Positions 8,697-18,777 are shown, counted from the first letter of the stretch. The stretch: 64,000 bases of DNA from Bacteroides sp. (GCA_023665805.1 JAMPDJ010000010.1:17453-81452); one strand, 5' to 3'. Notes: generated by a model from the sequence alone, not told the origin. A program made the numbers and translations.

Positions 8697-10745
8697 ATGA
8701 TAGTGCAGATGATCAAGAGAATCCACACCTTATTTATTATTGTTATGGCTGCCGTGGGCTGCATGGCCCAAATGCCTGAACCTGAACCGGTGCGTTTCAC
8801 AGCCGCACAGAAGATAAATGACCGCGGAGAGTTGGAAATATCCTTTGAAGGTGTCATAGCCGGCGGCTGGCATGTCTATGGAGCCGACTTCCAGGACGGG
8901 GGACCGCAGCGGGCCACCGTCACACTGGAAAAGCAGGATGGCGTTCGTCCCCTGGGCGGCGTACGCACCGTTGGCGACGTGCACCGCAGTATGGACCCCA
9001 TCTTCGGCATGGAGGTGGAAACTGTGGAGAAGAATGTCACATTCATACAGACATACGAGTTGACGGCCGACCGATACGACATATCCGGATACCTGACCTA
9101 TGGGGCGTGCAACGACGAGAACTGCATTCCGCCGACCAGCGTGGAGTTCAGTTTCTACGGAGACAACAATGTTGCAGCCCCAAAGGCCGCAAACGCAGTC
9201 GCGGATACCGCTCAGGCCGCTTCCGTAACAACGGTGCCCGTGGCCGGACCCCAACCCGGTGTCGCCGTGGACGCGGCCCGGAACTCGCAGGTTCCCGACG
9301 ACCTCTGGGCTCCCGTCGCTCATCTTCTTCAATCCGACGACAATGTGGCCGGGTCCGACGCCTCCCTCCTGTGGATTTTCGTCATGGGCATGGCCGGTGG
9401 CCTGATAGCGCTGCTCACTCCATGCGTGTGGCCCATCATTCCCATGACGGTAAGTTTCTTCCTCAAGCGCAGCAAGGACAACCGTGGCAAGGGCATACGC
9501 GATGCCGTCACCTACGGTATCTCCATCATCGTCATCTACGTGGCATTGGGCATGCTGGTTACCTTCTTTCTGGGGGCCAACGCCCTGAACGCCATGAGCA
9601 CCAATGCCGTTTTCAACATATTCTTCTTCATCCTGCTTGTGCTTTTCGGCCTCAGTTTCCTTGGAGGCTTCGAGCTCACCCTGCCCTCTTCGTGGAGCAA
9701 TGCCGTGGACTCCAAGGCAGAGAAGACCACCGGCCTGTTGAGCATCTTCCTGATGGCCTTTACCCTCACCCTGGTAAGTTTCTCCTGCACAGGTCCCATC
9801 ATAGGCTTCCTGCTGGTAGAGGTGGGCACAAGCGGTTCCATCATGGCTCCCGTCACTGGCATGCTGGGATTCGCCGTGGCCCTGGCCCTGCCGTTCACGC
9901 TGTTCGCCCTGTTTCCCACCATGCTCAAGAGTGCCCCGCGCAGCGGCAACTGGATGAACAGCATCAAGGTGATGCTTGGTTTCCTGGAACTTGCCTTCGC
10001 GCTGAAATTCCTTTCCGTGGCCGACCTGGCCTACGGTTGGGGCATACTGGACCGCGAGGTGTTCCTGTGTCTGTGGATTGTCATCTTTGCCATGGCAGGC
10101 CTCTACATGCTTAACATCATCCGCCTGCCACACGACGAGGACGAATACGACGAGGACGGAAACATCATCGTCCGTCCGCGCACCGGAATAGTGCGTCTCT
10201 GTGCCGGCATGGCATCCCTGGCCTTCGCCCTGTACATGATTCCCGGGTTGTGGGGTGCTCCCTGCAAGGCGGTAAGTGCCTTTGCTCCCCCGATGAACAC
10301 ACAGGACTTCAACCTTGGCACCCGGGAAGTGACTGCCCGTTTCGACGACTACGATTTGGCCATGGCATATGCCCGTGAGAAGAATATGCCCGTGATGCTG
10401 GACTTTACGGGCTATGGATGCGTCAATTGCCGCAAGATGGAGGCCGCCGTATGGACCGACCCCGGGGTGGCCGAACTCATCAACAACCGTTACATCCTGG
10501 TGACCCTGCACGTTGACGACAAGACACCGCTTCCGCAACCCGTCGTCGTTACGGAGAACGGCCAGGACCGTAAGCTCCGTACCGTGGGCGACAGGTGGAG
10601 CTACCTGCAACGACACAAGTTCGGCGCCAACGCCCAGCCTTTCTACGTGTTGCTTTCCCCAGATGGCAAGCCCTTGGCTCCCAGTTACAGTTTCAACGAG
10701 GACGTGGCTGCATACACCCGATGGTTGGAGAGCGGCCTGAAGTAG
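8697..10745 (+). CDS. dsbD: protein-disulfide reductase, DsbD family (N-terminal domain, DsbD membrane core, C-terminal thioredoxin fold)
   Basis: 682 aa with membrane-core Cys motifs LLTPCVWPIIPMTVSFF and FSCTGPIIG, plus a C-terminal thioredoxin CxxC (GYGCVNCRKME). Confidence 0.9.
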   Translation: MIVQMIKRIHTLFIIVMAAVGCMAQMPEPEPVRFTAAQKINDRGELEISFEGVIAGGWHVYGADFQDGGPQRATVTLEKQDGVRPLGGVRTVGDVHRSMDPIFGMEVETVEKNVTFIQTYELTADRYDISGYLTYGACNDENCIPPTSVEFSFYGDNNVAAPKAANAVADTAQAASVTTVPVAGPQPGVAVDAARNSQVPDDLWAPVAHLLQSDDNVAGSDASLLWIFVMGMAGGLIALLTPCVWPIIPMTVSFFLKRSKDNRGKGIRDAVTYGISIIVIYVALGMLVTFFLGANALNAMSTNAVFNIFFFILLVLFGLSFLGGFELTLPSSWSNAVDSKAEKTTGLLSIFLMAFTLTLVSFSCTGPIIGFLLVEVGTSGSIMAPVTGMLGFAVALALPFTLFALFPTMLKSAPRSGNWMNSIKVMLGFLELAFALKFLSVADLAYGWGILDREVFLCLWIVIFAMAGLYMLNIIRLPHDEDEYDEDGNIIVRPRTGIVRLCAGMASLAFALYMIPGLWGAPCKAVSAFAPPMNTQDFNLGTREVTARFDDYDLAMAYAREKNMPVMLDFTGYGCVNCRKMEAAVWTDPGVAELINNRYILVTLHVDDKTPLPQPVVVTENGQDRKLRTVGDRWSYLQRHKFGANAQPFYVLLSPDGKPLAPSYSFNEDVAAYTRWLESGLK

Positions 10746-10842
10746 AAATGTAGGCGGATACCAACAATTCTGGCGACATGATTATACAACCTGCGAACAT
10801 GTGTGGCAATCATGGCAGATATTTTCGCCGAATGACCGTATG

Positions 10843-10887
10843 TAAAGACAAAACGGATTGGAAATCCAATGACCGGTTTGGGTTAAA
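10843..10887. repeat. solo arm of the 8249-8457 palindromic element, inverted relative to the left arm
   Basis: taaagacaaaacggattggaaatccaatgaccggtttgggttaaa matches the reverse complement of 8251-8295 at 43 of 45 positions (aligned by hand). Confidence 0.85.
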
Positions 10888-10896
10888 GTTACTGGC

Positions 10897-10926
10897 ACGA
10901 ATCTTGCCGATATCGGCAAGATTCGT
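10897..10926. promoter_or_regulatory. perfect 30-bp palindrome upstream of the HTH-Fic gene (candidate operator)
   Basis: acgaatcttgccgatatcggcaagattcgt is its own reverse complement. The half-site core tgccgata recurs at 10958-10965, abutting the ATG at 10967. Confidence 0.5.
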
Positions 10927-10966
10927 TGTCTTTGCACTGTATTTTGGTAAAAAAACGTGCCGATAG

Positions 10967-11860
10967 ATGGAATATATATCAGTCAAGGAATGGGCAGAAA
11001 TGCATGGCGTGTCCGAAAGGACTGCCAGGAACTACTGTGCTCAGGGTAAGCTCGAAGGAGCTTGTCTTGTGGGTAAGACATGGAACATTCCGGCAGAAGC
11101 AGTGATTCCGCGTCGAAACAAGAGAATGGACAAACTTTCACCTTTGTTGAGTATCCTCCGTGAACAAATGACAGGAAAGGTCAAAGGCGGGATATATCAC
11201 CGCGTGCAGATTGACTTTACCTACAATTCCAACCATATTGAGGGCAGTCGTTTGACACACGACCAGACAAGATATATCTTTGAAACCAATACCATAGGAC
11301 TTACGGACGAGTTGATAAATGTCGATGACATAATCGAGACTACAAATCATTTTCGGGCAATTGACCAAATCATTGCCAGCTCGACAGAACCCCTTACCGA
11401 ACAACTTATCAAGCATCTACATGGACTTTTGAAATCAGGAACATCAGACGAAAGAAAGGGCTGGTTCAAAGTTGGCGATTATAGGAAACTGCCAAATGAG
11501 GTGGGAGGCAATGATACAGTCGCACCGGAATATGTTCACAGGGAGATGAAATCCTTGCTGAAAGAATATAATGCCAAGAAGGAGCCGTCATTTGAGGACA
11601 TAATCGACTTTCATCAGCGTTTTGAGGCAATTCATCCGTTCCAGGATGGTAACGGTCGTGTAGGAAGACTGATAATGTTCCGGGAGTGCCTGCGTCTCGG
11701 ATATGTTCCTTTCGTCATTACCGATGAACTCAAGATGTACTATTATAACGGCCTTCGTCATTGGCCGGCCATCAAAGGCTACCTTATGGACACCTGTTTG
11801 ACCGCGCAGGATAATTTCAAACGGATATTGGACAAGTTCCGAATTCCATACAGGGACTGA
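10967..11860 (+). CDS. Fic family protein (AMPylase-type) with N-terminal HTH
   Basis: 297 aa with the Fic motif HPFQDGNGRVGR and the intramolecular inhibitory motif SNHIEG, i.e. (S/T)xxxE(G/N). The N-terminus MEYISVKEWAEMHGVSERTARNYC looks like an HTH. Confidence 0.92.
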   Translation: MEYISVKEWAEMHGVSERTARNYCAQGKLEGACLVGKTWNIPAEAVIPRRNKRMDKLSPLLSILREQMTGKVKGGIYHRVQIDFTYNSNHIEGSRLTHDQTRYIFETNTIGLTDELINVDDIIETTNHFRAIDQIIASSTEPLTEQLIKHLHGLLKSGTSDERKGWFKVGDYRKLPNEVGGNDTVAPEYVHREMKSLLKEYNAKKEPSFEDIIDFHQRFEAIHPFQDGNGRVGRLIMFRECLRLGYVPFVITDELKMYYYNGLRHWPAIKGYLMDTCLTAQDNFKRILDKFRIPYRD

Positions 11861-11881
11861 CACCCCGTACAATCCGGCCAC

Positions 11882-11935
11882 AAAAAAATCCCGGCCCGTC
11901 GTCCAAGCGTTTGCACGCGTGGCGGCGGGCCGGGA
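11882..11935 (-). terminator. hairpin plus U7 terminator downstream of the OmpA-family gene
   Basis: 10-bp GC-rich stem formed by tcccggcccg (11889-11898) and cgggccggga (11926-11935), followed on the minus strand by T7 (11888-11882). The 27-nt loop is long for a canonical terminator. Confidence 0.55.
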
Positions 11936-11962
11936 AGCATCTATGAAGATTGGGTGTGTTTT

Positions 11963-13153
11963 TTACTCGCTGCGTGTAATCACGGCACGGCTCAGGCGCG
12001 GGTCGTTGTAGAACATGTTGTCCACGCCGCCCTTGTAGTCTATGCGGAGCTGCTTCTTGTCCACGCCGAACTCCTTCACCAGGCATTCGTAGACATTCTC
12101 GGCACGTTCCCTGCTCAGGCGTTCGTTGAATTTCTTGCTGCCCGTGCCGGCATCGGCGTAACCCGTGATGGTATACACGGTCTCGGAATCTCCGGACTTG
12201 ATCACCTCGGCCAGCAGGCCCAGGTTGGCTCGTGCCTCGTTGCTCAGCGTGCTCTTGCCAATCTTGAAGACAACGAGGTTGCCGGCGGCGATCTTCTTCA
12301 CCATGGACTGTGCCTTCTGCCTGTTGCCCTCGGCCAGGGCCGCCTTCATGCGCTCGTTTTCCTCGCTCATGGCCTTCAGTTTCTCGCGCATGCTCTCCAG
12401 GTCGCCGTAGTCATAGCGGTAGACCGTCTTGCTGCGGTTCCATCCGCGCTGCTTGAACTTGTAGGTCAGGCCCAGGGTGGCGGAGATGTTGCCCTCGCCG
12501 AAGCGGCCGCCGCCCTCGCCGTCGAAACGGTCGTTCACGAACATGCCGCGCACGTCCAGGTTCAGTGCCAGGGCCTTGCAGAAGTGCCATGACGTCAGTA
12601 TGCCCACGTTGGCGCTCACCTCGTGGCCGGCAGGATTGCCGAATGCCCAGGCATAGCCCGCGCCCACGTAGGGGCTGAGGTCCCATTTGCGGTTCTCGTT
12701 GTAACCGCCGATGAGGTTGAGCATGTTGAACATCACGTCCACGTGCAGGTTGCCCATGTAGAACTTCTGCTTCTCCAGCCAGTAGCCGGCGCCGCCCTTG
12801 CCGGGCACGTCCACGCCGGTGGAGTGCGACAGGCTGCCCTTCTGCGTGGCGCCGCGCTCCTGCAGTCCGCTGTACATCAGGCGCACGCCTATGCCGGGTG
12901 TGAACCACTTGCCCACGGCCACATCCAGTGCCGGGGCGATACGGTCGCCAAAGCTGCATTGCTTGTCGTGGTCGCCGAAGTACACCTGTCCGCCGGCACC
13001 GAGGCTGACGAACCAGTTGTTCCAGAAACGGTTGGTCTCCACCTTGTACTTGTCCGTGCTGTACTCCACCTTTTCCTCCACTGTGGAAGTCTGTGCGAAG
13101 GCCGGACAAAGAGCCATTGCGCACAAGGCGGTCAAAATGATCTTTCTGTTCAT
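11963..13153 (-). CDS. OmpA-family outer-membrane protein (beta-barrel, coiled coil, C-terminal OmpA peptidoglycan-binding domain)
   Basis: ATG at 13153 gives MNRKIILTALCAMALCPAFAQ (signal peptide). The C-terminus contains TGYADAGTGSKKFNERLSRERAENV. The track start at 13159 is TTG. Confidence 0.9.
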   Translation of the reverse strand: MNRKIILTALCAMALCPAFAQTSTVEEKVEYSTDKYKVETNRFWNNWFVSLGAGGQVYFGDHDKQCSFGDRIAPALDVAVGKWFTPGIGVRLMYSGLQERGATQKGSLSHSTGVDVPGKGGAGYWLEKQKFYMGNLHVDVMFNMLNLIGGYNENRKWDLSPYVGAGYAWAFGNPAGHEVSANVGILTSWHFCKALALNLDVRGMFVNDRFDGEGGGRFGEGNISATLGLTYKFKQRGWNRSKTVYRYDYGDLESMREKLKAMSEENERMKAALAEGNRQKAQSMVKKIAAGNLVVFKIGKSTLSNEARANLGLLAEVIKSGDSETVYTITGYADAGTGSKKFNERLSRERAENVYECLVKEFGVDKKQLRIDYKGGVDNMFYNDPRLSRAVITRSE

Positions 13154-13187
13154 AATCAAATTGAGGTTAATAATAATATGTTTTGTG

Positions 13188-15470
13188 TTATTCGGTCGTC
13201 TGTGACGCGGACCCGTCGCGCACGCACCTCACGGCGCATCCGTATCTCGGCTGAAGCGAGTACTGGCTTCTGACCGTTCCCACGACACCGGCACTTCCCG
13301 AGGGCAGGCCCTTGTTGTGGTCGCTGTATTGGCCGTTGTCAGATGATGCCGTGCGCCACGCGAAATAGTAGAGCTGCGAAACGGCGCAGTCTATCGTGTT
13401 GGTCACGGCGCCGCAGCTCATCCAGCGGTACGAACTGATGCCGTATCCGTCGCGTGTCCCGCCGCCAATCACCTGTCCTGTCTGTGCAAAGAAGTTGCCT
13501 TCAGCGTCGTCGGCGTTTCTCTTCATGAAGATTCCGTATCCGTGCTGTTTCTTGCTGTCCGCGCTCATGCCTATGCGGTTCATGGTCACTCCCTTGGGCA
13601 GATAGCGTGTCGTGGAGCCGTCGGCGACGGCATCTGTCACGCAGCTTATGTTTTCGCGCAGGCTGGGATAGCTCTCGCTGCCGTCCGACGGGTTGGACAT
13701 GGACATGACTCCCTTCAACTGGTTGTAGTTCTTTTCCACGGGGATGAAGTAGGTATAGGCATAGTAGTTGGGGACGCGATATCCCACGGGCGACGGGTCG
13801 TAGATGGTCTTCACGTCGGTCCAGCCTTCCACGTTCCTTCCGCTGAAGCGTCCGTCGCCCCACAGCATGTCGTTGTGTTCATAGAGCCAGTCGGACACGC
13901 TTGCCGTGGAATAGAGGTCGATGAAAGCGGCCGGATTCCGGATGGCATACAGTATGGTGGCCTCGTCGGCCGCTGGTTTGAGTATGTTGTACTTGCCTGC
14001 CAGCAGGTCCGTCTCCTGTCCGTCGGCATCATAGTACTTGCCCGAGTTGGGGAACGGGTCCTTGCGGCCCCACTGGTATAGCATGGCGTTTATCACGCGT
14101 GCTTCGACGGATGCGTCCCGTCCGCCGGCTTGGGGACAACGTTCGGCATCCGTCGCTGGGAATGCACCCAGGTCGCGGTCCATCATCTGCACGGAACCGT
14201 AGGCGAGCGGCGTCACGGCCACCGTGCGTGTCTCGTAGGTGAAGTCCTGCGGCAGTGTGTCGCCCACTCCCCACACGTGCCAGCTCCAAAGGATGGTGCC
14301 GGCACTGTCGTAGACGGCTATCACGGCGTTGCCCACGTTGCCGGTGGTGGTGTAGTGCACGCGTCCGTCGCGCAGTTCCACCTTGCTCACGAAGCCGCTC
14401 ACGTCCTCCCACAGCAGTTTTGCCTCTGCGGGGTCGATGGCGGCATCCTCGGTGTGGAAGCCCGCGCCGGGGATGATGCCCTTCTGTCCGTTGCCTATGA
14501 CGGTGGCCTTGAAGTCGTGCTCTCCGGCGGTGGTTATCATGTAGCAGTTGGCCGTCTCCTCCGGTTCCTCCACATCGGGCAAGGCTTCCACTTCAGCATT
14601 GTTGTTCCTCAACACTTCGGCCGTGAGGGGAAGATTGTAGAACACACCTGCCTCAAAATCGGCAAGCAACTTGGTGGAAAACCGCACCGTGTGCCGGTCG
14701 GTAGTCAGCACAAAATCGGCTGTGCAATCCTTGTACAAGCCGGGAGCCACCACGGCATATGCCACAAGTGTCTCGGTGGTGGCGGGCGGGTTGGGCATTT
14801 TCACGGTCAGTGAACCGGCTGTCTCCACCGCTTGCAAGCCGCTGTCGATGTTATCGAGGTTGTAGGTATATAGCCCGGTCAGTGCCTTGTCTGCAACGGT
14901 CATGCTGACAGACGTCAGCATCTCGTCGGCAAGGAGGCCGTCGGTATCCTTCAAACTGATGTTGAGACGAAGCAGGGTAGCCATCTGCTTGAACCTCATA
15001 GTGTAACCACCGGTAGCCTTCTCTGCTGTAGCGGCCTTGAAGTCGTAGCGTGCCGGCGACTGCACATCGGCATATTCCTGTACGGCCGGGATTTCCACTG
15101 CAATGGATGTGCGCTCGGTGGCCGTCTCGCTGTAAGGATAATAAGCCGCCTGCGGGATGTCGTTGCTTTGCAATTTGCCCGTGAAGTCGGCACTGTTGGC
15201 CGCCTCAGTGTGGGTGGAAACAAAGCGGGCGTTGACGGTACGGGCACCAAATACGCCAATCTTGTCGCCGGGCATCCACTGCATCACCAGACTGCCATCG
15301 CCTGCCACGTCCCCTACGGATGTACGGGAACCTACCGACGAGATATGCTCTCCGGATGTGGCAGTTATTACAACAGGGTTTCCGGAAACAGACAAAGACT
15401 CCATGTCCTCGTTGCAGCCCGATACGAGCGCAACGAGGAGAAGAGTCATACATGATTTAGTTAAATTCAT
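13188..15470 (-). CDS. large surface lipoprotein with fimbrillin-like (Mfa_like_1-type) N-terminal domain
   Basis: 760 aa. Lipoprotein signal LLVALVSGCNE, a WMPGDKIGVFG...FTGKL pattern typical of fimbrillin-like proteins, and a C-terminal ...YGCAVRCVRD. The family assignment comes from recalled motifs only. Confidence 0.55.
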   Translation of the reverse strand: MNLTKSCMTLLLVALVSGCNEDMESLSVSGNPVVITATSGEHISSVGSRTSVGDVAGDGSLVMQWMPGDKIGVFGARTVNARFVSTHTEAANSADFTGKLQSNDIPQAAYYPYSETATERTSIAVEIPAVQEYADVQSPARYDFKAATAEKATGGYTMRFKQMATLLRLNISLKDTDGLLADEMLTSVSMTVADKALTGLYTYNLDNIDSGLQAVETAGSLTVKMPNPPATTETLVAYAVVAPGLYKDCTADFVLTTDRHTVRFSTKLLADFEAGVFYNLPLTAEVLRNNNAEVEALPDVEEPEETANCYMITTAGEHDFKATVIGNGQKGIIPGAGFHTEDAAIDPAEAKLLWEDVSGFVSKVELRDGRVHYTTTGNVGNAVIAVYDSAGTILWSWHVWGVGDTLPQDFTYETRTVAVTPLAYGSVQMMDRDLGAFPATDAERCPQAGGRDASVEARVINAMLYQWGRKDPFPNSGKYYDADGQETDLLAGKYNILKPAADEATILYAIRNPAAFIDLYSTASVSDWLYEHNDMLWGDGRFSGRNVEGWTDVKTIYDPSPVGYRVPNYYAYTYFIPVEKNYNQLKGVMSMSNPSDGSESYPSLRENISCVTDAVADGSTTRYLPKGVTMNRIGMSADSKKQHGYGIFMKRNADDAEGNFFAQTGQVIGGGTRDGYGISSYRWMSCGAVTNTIDCAVSQLYYFAWRTASSDNGQYSDHNKGLPSGSAGVVGTVRSQYSLQPRYGCAVRCVRDGSASQTTE

Positions 15471-15495
15471 TTTCTGATATTGTTATGGCAAAAAG

Positions 15496-18400
15496 CTATT
15501 TGATTATATCGCCTCCTTGCCCGTAAGAAGAGCCGGAATTGATGGAAGTACTGCTCTCGCCAAGCACATAGTCGCGGACGGGAATTACCACAAAGGGCTT
15601 TGATTCATTGTTAGTAGTGATAAACATTTGTAGTTCAGGGTTGTCATCTTTATGTCGCACAAAATACGGACGTTTTTCATTGCCCTCCATTCCTGAGTAG
15701 TATGTCCTGGATACGGTAAACGGCTCTAATTTATATCCTACACCACTTTCTGTGGATTTTATCAGCATCAGCATCAGCTCACGCTGATTAGGAATACGCC
15801 ACAAACCTTTGTCCGAACCGTCCGGATTCTCGTAATAGTCGGCACACAAGTTTTGTGTTGTAGCTTCAGTCAAGGTAAAGTTGCTTTTATCTACATTTGT
15901 AGCAATAATAGTAGATTTTGGTATTACCGTGGGATTTTCTTTTTTTTCATAGGTTAATTGCACATAGTTGCCATTATCTGCCAGGATATAAAGATTATCA
16001 TAATCTGTTCCTATAGTATGACTTGTCAACCCACCTTCCGGAAATACTTTATCTTCAGCAATACGCGCCTCTGTGTTATAATAATACCTCCTGCCAGTTT
16101 CACGCGTAATGTTCACATCAAAGGTAACTTTGTATTTGTAAGACAACAAATTCCACGTACGTTCACCTGTGACATTCGTAACACTCACCTCAGGTCTATA
16201 GTTATCTCCAGTCACTAAGTGACTTTTTGCCACCAAGAAAGCGTCCGGCAGTTTGTTGACCTCACTTTCCTGATTATGGTACTGGTACTCACCACGGAGT
16301 GTTCCGGAACGACGCAAGGCATTTGGGCCCAGGCCATTCACCGAAATAACACGTTTGCCGATTCCGTCTCCTCCGTCAAGCAGGGTAGACACGGTGCTGG
16401 TGGGGGCTGAAATTTCCTTCAACGTGCGGAAGCAGCGCACAAATTGCACAGCTTCACCGGTTTCGCTTGAATTGTACTTATACATACCGTAAGTGCCTTC
16501 GTTTGCCCAGAATGTGCGGTAATCGCCTTTCGTGCTGGTATAGTAGTTCTGATCGTTAGTCGGTCGCATGTCCATAGGCAACGTGTGGATGCCCGCCCAG
16601 ATACATTGGTGCTGGTACACAGAAGGGAGATACCAGCGGACTTCCTCATCGTCTACTATGTCATTGGCATTCAAGTCGCGGTTACGAGTCAACCAACGAT
16701 ATACCCCATAGTCATATTCTGATTTTAGTCTGTAATTGGTATAGTCCATCACTTCTGACCATCTCAGCTCTCCTCCGTGTTCTTCCCTTAGCTGTTGAAG
16801 AATGGCAAGCGTATTGAGACGTCCACGAGTCTGTGCATTGGCAGCAGGATCATCAGAATATAAATCACTACAGTCTTGATAAGAGTCGTTCTTAGAAGCT
16901 GCAAACACCACCTGTGTCTTATTGGCGTTATCCGCAGAGTTCTCCAATCCGAAAGGATTTTCCGCATTGTTCAAGTCGAACACCGTCTTGATGGACTGCT
17001 GGCGGATAGTGAAGATTGGAGTCAAGGTATAAGAACTGTTATTGTTGGTTTGGACACCTGTTGCAATGTTAATAATACGGTCAGGTACATTGACGAATTT
17101 GCTCAAATCGTTCTTGTATTTCTCATAATAGAACTCATTAGCAAAAATCTGGATATATACATTGGGGTCACTTTCTGTGGTGAAGAACAGAGCTTTGTTA
17201 TAATTAGCATTAGTAGTTCTATATTCACCGTTCTGTATAGCAGTAATCAAATCCTTCAATGTATATTTTGTGGCTTGATAGTATGACTGATAAGTTTTTT
17301 CGCTGGCACTTGCACAGAATTCCAGCCAGTTCGCTTCCTCTTCCGGAATGTCATTCACGTTGTTATACGTCTTATCAATGCCGGGAACACGCAGCTGAAT
17401 GGTGTAAAGATCCTTCATTGCATCAAGTGTGGCTTTAGGGATGCTGATAATGGTTTCGTCGTAGTGTGCATCGAGAGTTCTTACACTTGCTTCGTTACCG
17501 GCAACGATATTGCCCCATGCCCCGGGCTGATTGTCTGCATCGGTAGTGGCTTTGATAATGATATTATCCACACCGTTCACCGTCACATCGTATGTGTACT
17601 TCGTGTTGCGGCGCACGGTGAAGTTGTCGAAGGAACCGTTTTTGGAAATGTCGCCCAGATGTATTTTGTAATGCACATCTCCCGTCACGGTGCCATTGCC
17701 GTCTAACCCCGGTCCTTCATAGGAGCCATGCACTATGATATAAGTGCTCTTGTCAGGGGCATAAGTATACGTGTCGGCACCGTTCATATGCTCACGCATT
17801 GCAATTGATCCCGGATTGCCTTTGGCTTTCTGCACATTCTCGGGTATATAGAACTCTAAAGAATCCATTCTTACTCCGTTCACGGTGCTGTTGTAAAGAG
17901 GGAAATCGGTTCCGTCGCGGAACGCAGTACCTTCTTCAACACCGGACCAGGTAAGAGTGCCCGGGAATGTCCCGAACAATTCGCTTGCTCTCTCTTGGCT
18001 ATCTGTCGTTGCCCCGTCTTTGAATGTCCATCCGTTGCGTTCAAACAGTGTGGAGGTGCGGCAATAGTTATATATGTCCCACTTGTCGGGAACGAACTTG
18101 ACACCATTGCCATTATGGAATCTGAAGATGACCTTCGCATAAGAGCGACGCAACTGGAGGGGGAACTCCAACTTGTTTTGTCCTCCGGCCTCATCGGCAG
18201 TAAGAGAGAGTTGGGTCGTCTGTCCTTTGGCATCTTGATATTTTCCGGTAAGAAGGGCAGATGTGGCAATGATGTTGAAACGATCCGACATCTTCAGAAT
18301 GTTGTATTTGTCAATCTCGGCCTTGGTCATGTTCTGAAGGTCGGTGAGCTGTAAGTTGTTCCAGAAACCTTTGTTCCAGTTGGCAATGGCATAGATATAC

Positions 18401-18750
18401 CAGTTGCCACTGGTAAGGCCTGCCTCTTGCGGAATGGTGATACTGTACTTATACCAAGTGTCTTCTACCTTTATGGGATCTCCCAGTGATGCGGGCTGAT
18501 AGATGATGGGTTTGGAATTCTCCGACTTGTAAAACAAGAAAGCCAGATGTTCCACATTGGTTTCCACCTCGTTGGAGGCACGCGTATTCACCTGCGTAGG
18601 GGCAGAGGTAATCACATTAAGGTTAAGCGAAGCGGGGAGCCCTTCCACCACCGGCGGATTCACTAAACTTTCGTCGGTACATGCTGCAAACAACAGGCAT
18701 GCCGTCAGCACTTGAAATGCTTTAAGTGCAATTTTCTTGTTATATGTCAT
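15496..18750 (-). CDS. giant FimA/Mfa1-superfamily (type V pilin-like) surface lipoprotein
   Basis: 1084 aa. Lipoprotein signal LTACLLFAACTDE, then ...QVNTRASNEVETNVEHLAFLFYK, which resembles the Arg cleavage site and first beta-strand of type V pilins. A WRIPNQRELMLML motif lies in the C-terminal part. Confidence 0.55.
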   Translation of the reverse strand: MTYNKKIALKAFQVLTACLLFAACTDESLVNPPVVEGLPASLNLNVITSAPTQVNTRASNEVETNVEHLAFLFYKSENSKPIIYQPASLGDPIKVEDTWYKYSITIPQEAGLTSGNWYIYAIANWNKGFWNNLQLTDLQNMTKAEIDKYNILKMSDRFNIIATSALLTGKYQDAKGQTTQLSLTADEAGGQNKLEFPLQLRRSYAKVIFRFHNGNGVKFVPDKWDIYNYCRTSTLFERNGWTFKDGATTDSQERASELFGTFPGTLTWSGVEEGTAFRDGTDFPLYNSTVNGVRMDSLEFYIPENVQKAKGNPGSIAMREHMNGADTYTYAPDKSTYIIVHGSYEGPGLDGNGTVTGDVHYKIHLGDISKNGSFDNFTVRRNTKYTYDVTVNGVDNIIIKATTDADNQPGAWGNIVAGNEASVRTLDAHYDETIISIPKATLDAMKDLYTIQLRVPGIDKTYNNVNDIPEEEANWLEFCASASEKTYQSYYQATKYTLKDLITAIQNGEYRTTNANYNKALFFTTESDPNVYIQIFANEFYYEKYKNDLSKFVNVPDRIINIATGVQTNNNSSYTLTPIFTIRQQSIKTVFDLNNAENPFGLENSADNANKTQVVFAASKNDSYQDCSDLYSDDPAANAQTRGRLNTLAILQQLREEHGGELRWSEVMDYTNYRLKSEYDYGVYRWLTRNRDLNANDIVDDEEVRWYLPSVYQHQCIWAGIHTLPMDMRPTNDQNYYTSTKGDYRTFWANEGTYGMYKYNSSETGEAVQFVRCFRTLKEISAPTSTVSTLLDGGDGIGKRVISVNGLGPNALRRSGTLRGEYQYHNQESEVNKLPDAFLVAKSHLVTGDNYRPEVSVTNVTGERTWNLLSYKYKVTFDVNITRETGRRYYYNTEARIAEDKVFPEGGLTSHTIGTDYDNLYILADNGNYVQLTYEKKENPTVIPKSTIIATNVDKSNFTLTEATTQNLCADYYENPDGSDKGLWRIPNQRELMLMLIKSTESGVGYKLEPFTVSRTYYSGMEGNEKRPYFVRHKDDNPELQMFITTNNESKPFVVIPVRDYVLGESSTSINSGSSYGQGGDIIK

Positions 18751-18777
18751 AATAACGTTGTTTGTTTTGTTGTTTGT

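Noticed and set aside
8334-8779. ORFs of 120 aa (8334-8696) and 106 aa (8459-8779) in the acpP-dsbD intergenic region, plus the 62-aa ORF at 10778-10966.
   Set aside because: They run through the palindromic repeat arms and the promoter regions and have no family resemblance. The 106-aa ORF overlaps the true dsbD start. They are most likely non-coding.
8730-10616. 628-aa ORF antisense to the dsbD-family gene. Similar long antisense or out-of-frame ORFs occur at 6701-7747, 21707-23434, 52317-53459, 52969-54018, 55024-55986, 58282-59181, 61484-62362 and 61498-62379.
   Set aside because: Their translations are Arg/Gly/His/Pro-rich and low in complexity, with no recognisable motifs. Each lies opposite or out of frame to a gene with strong family signatures. 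These are the usual shadow ORFs of GC-rich coding DNA.
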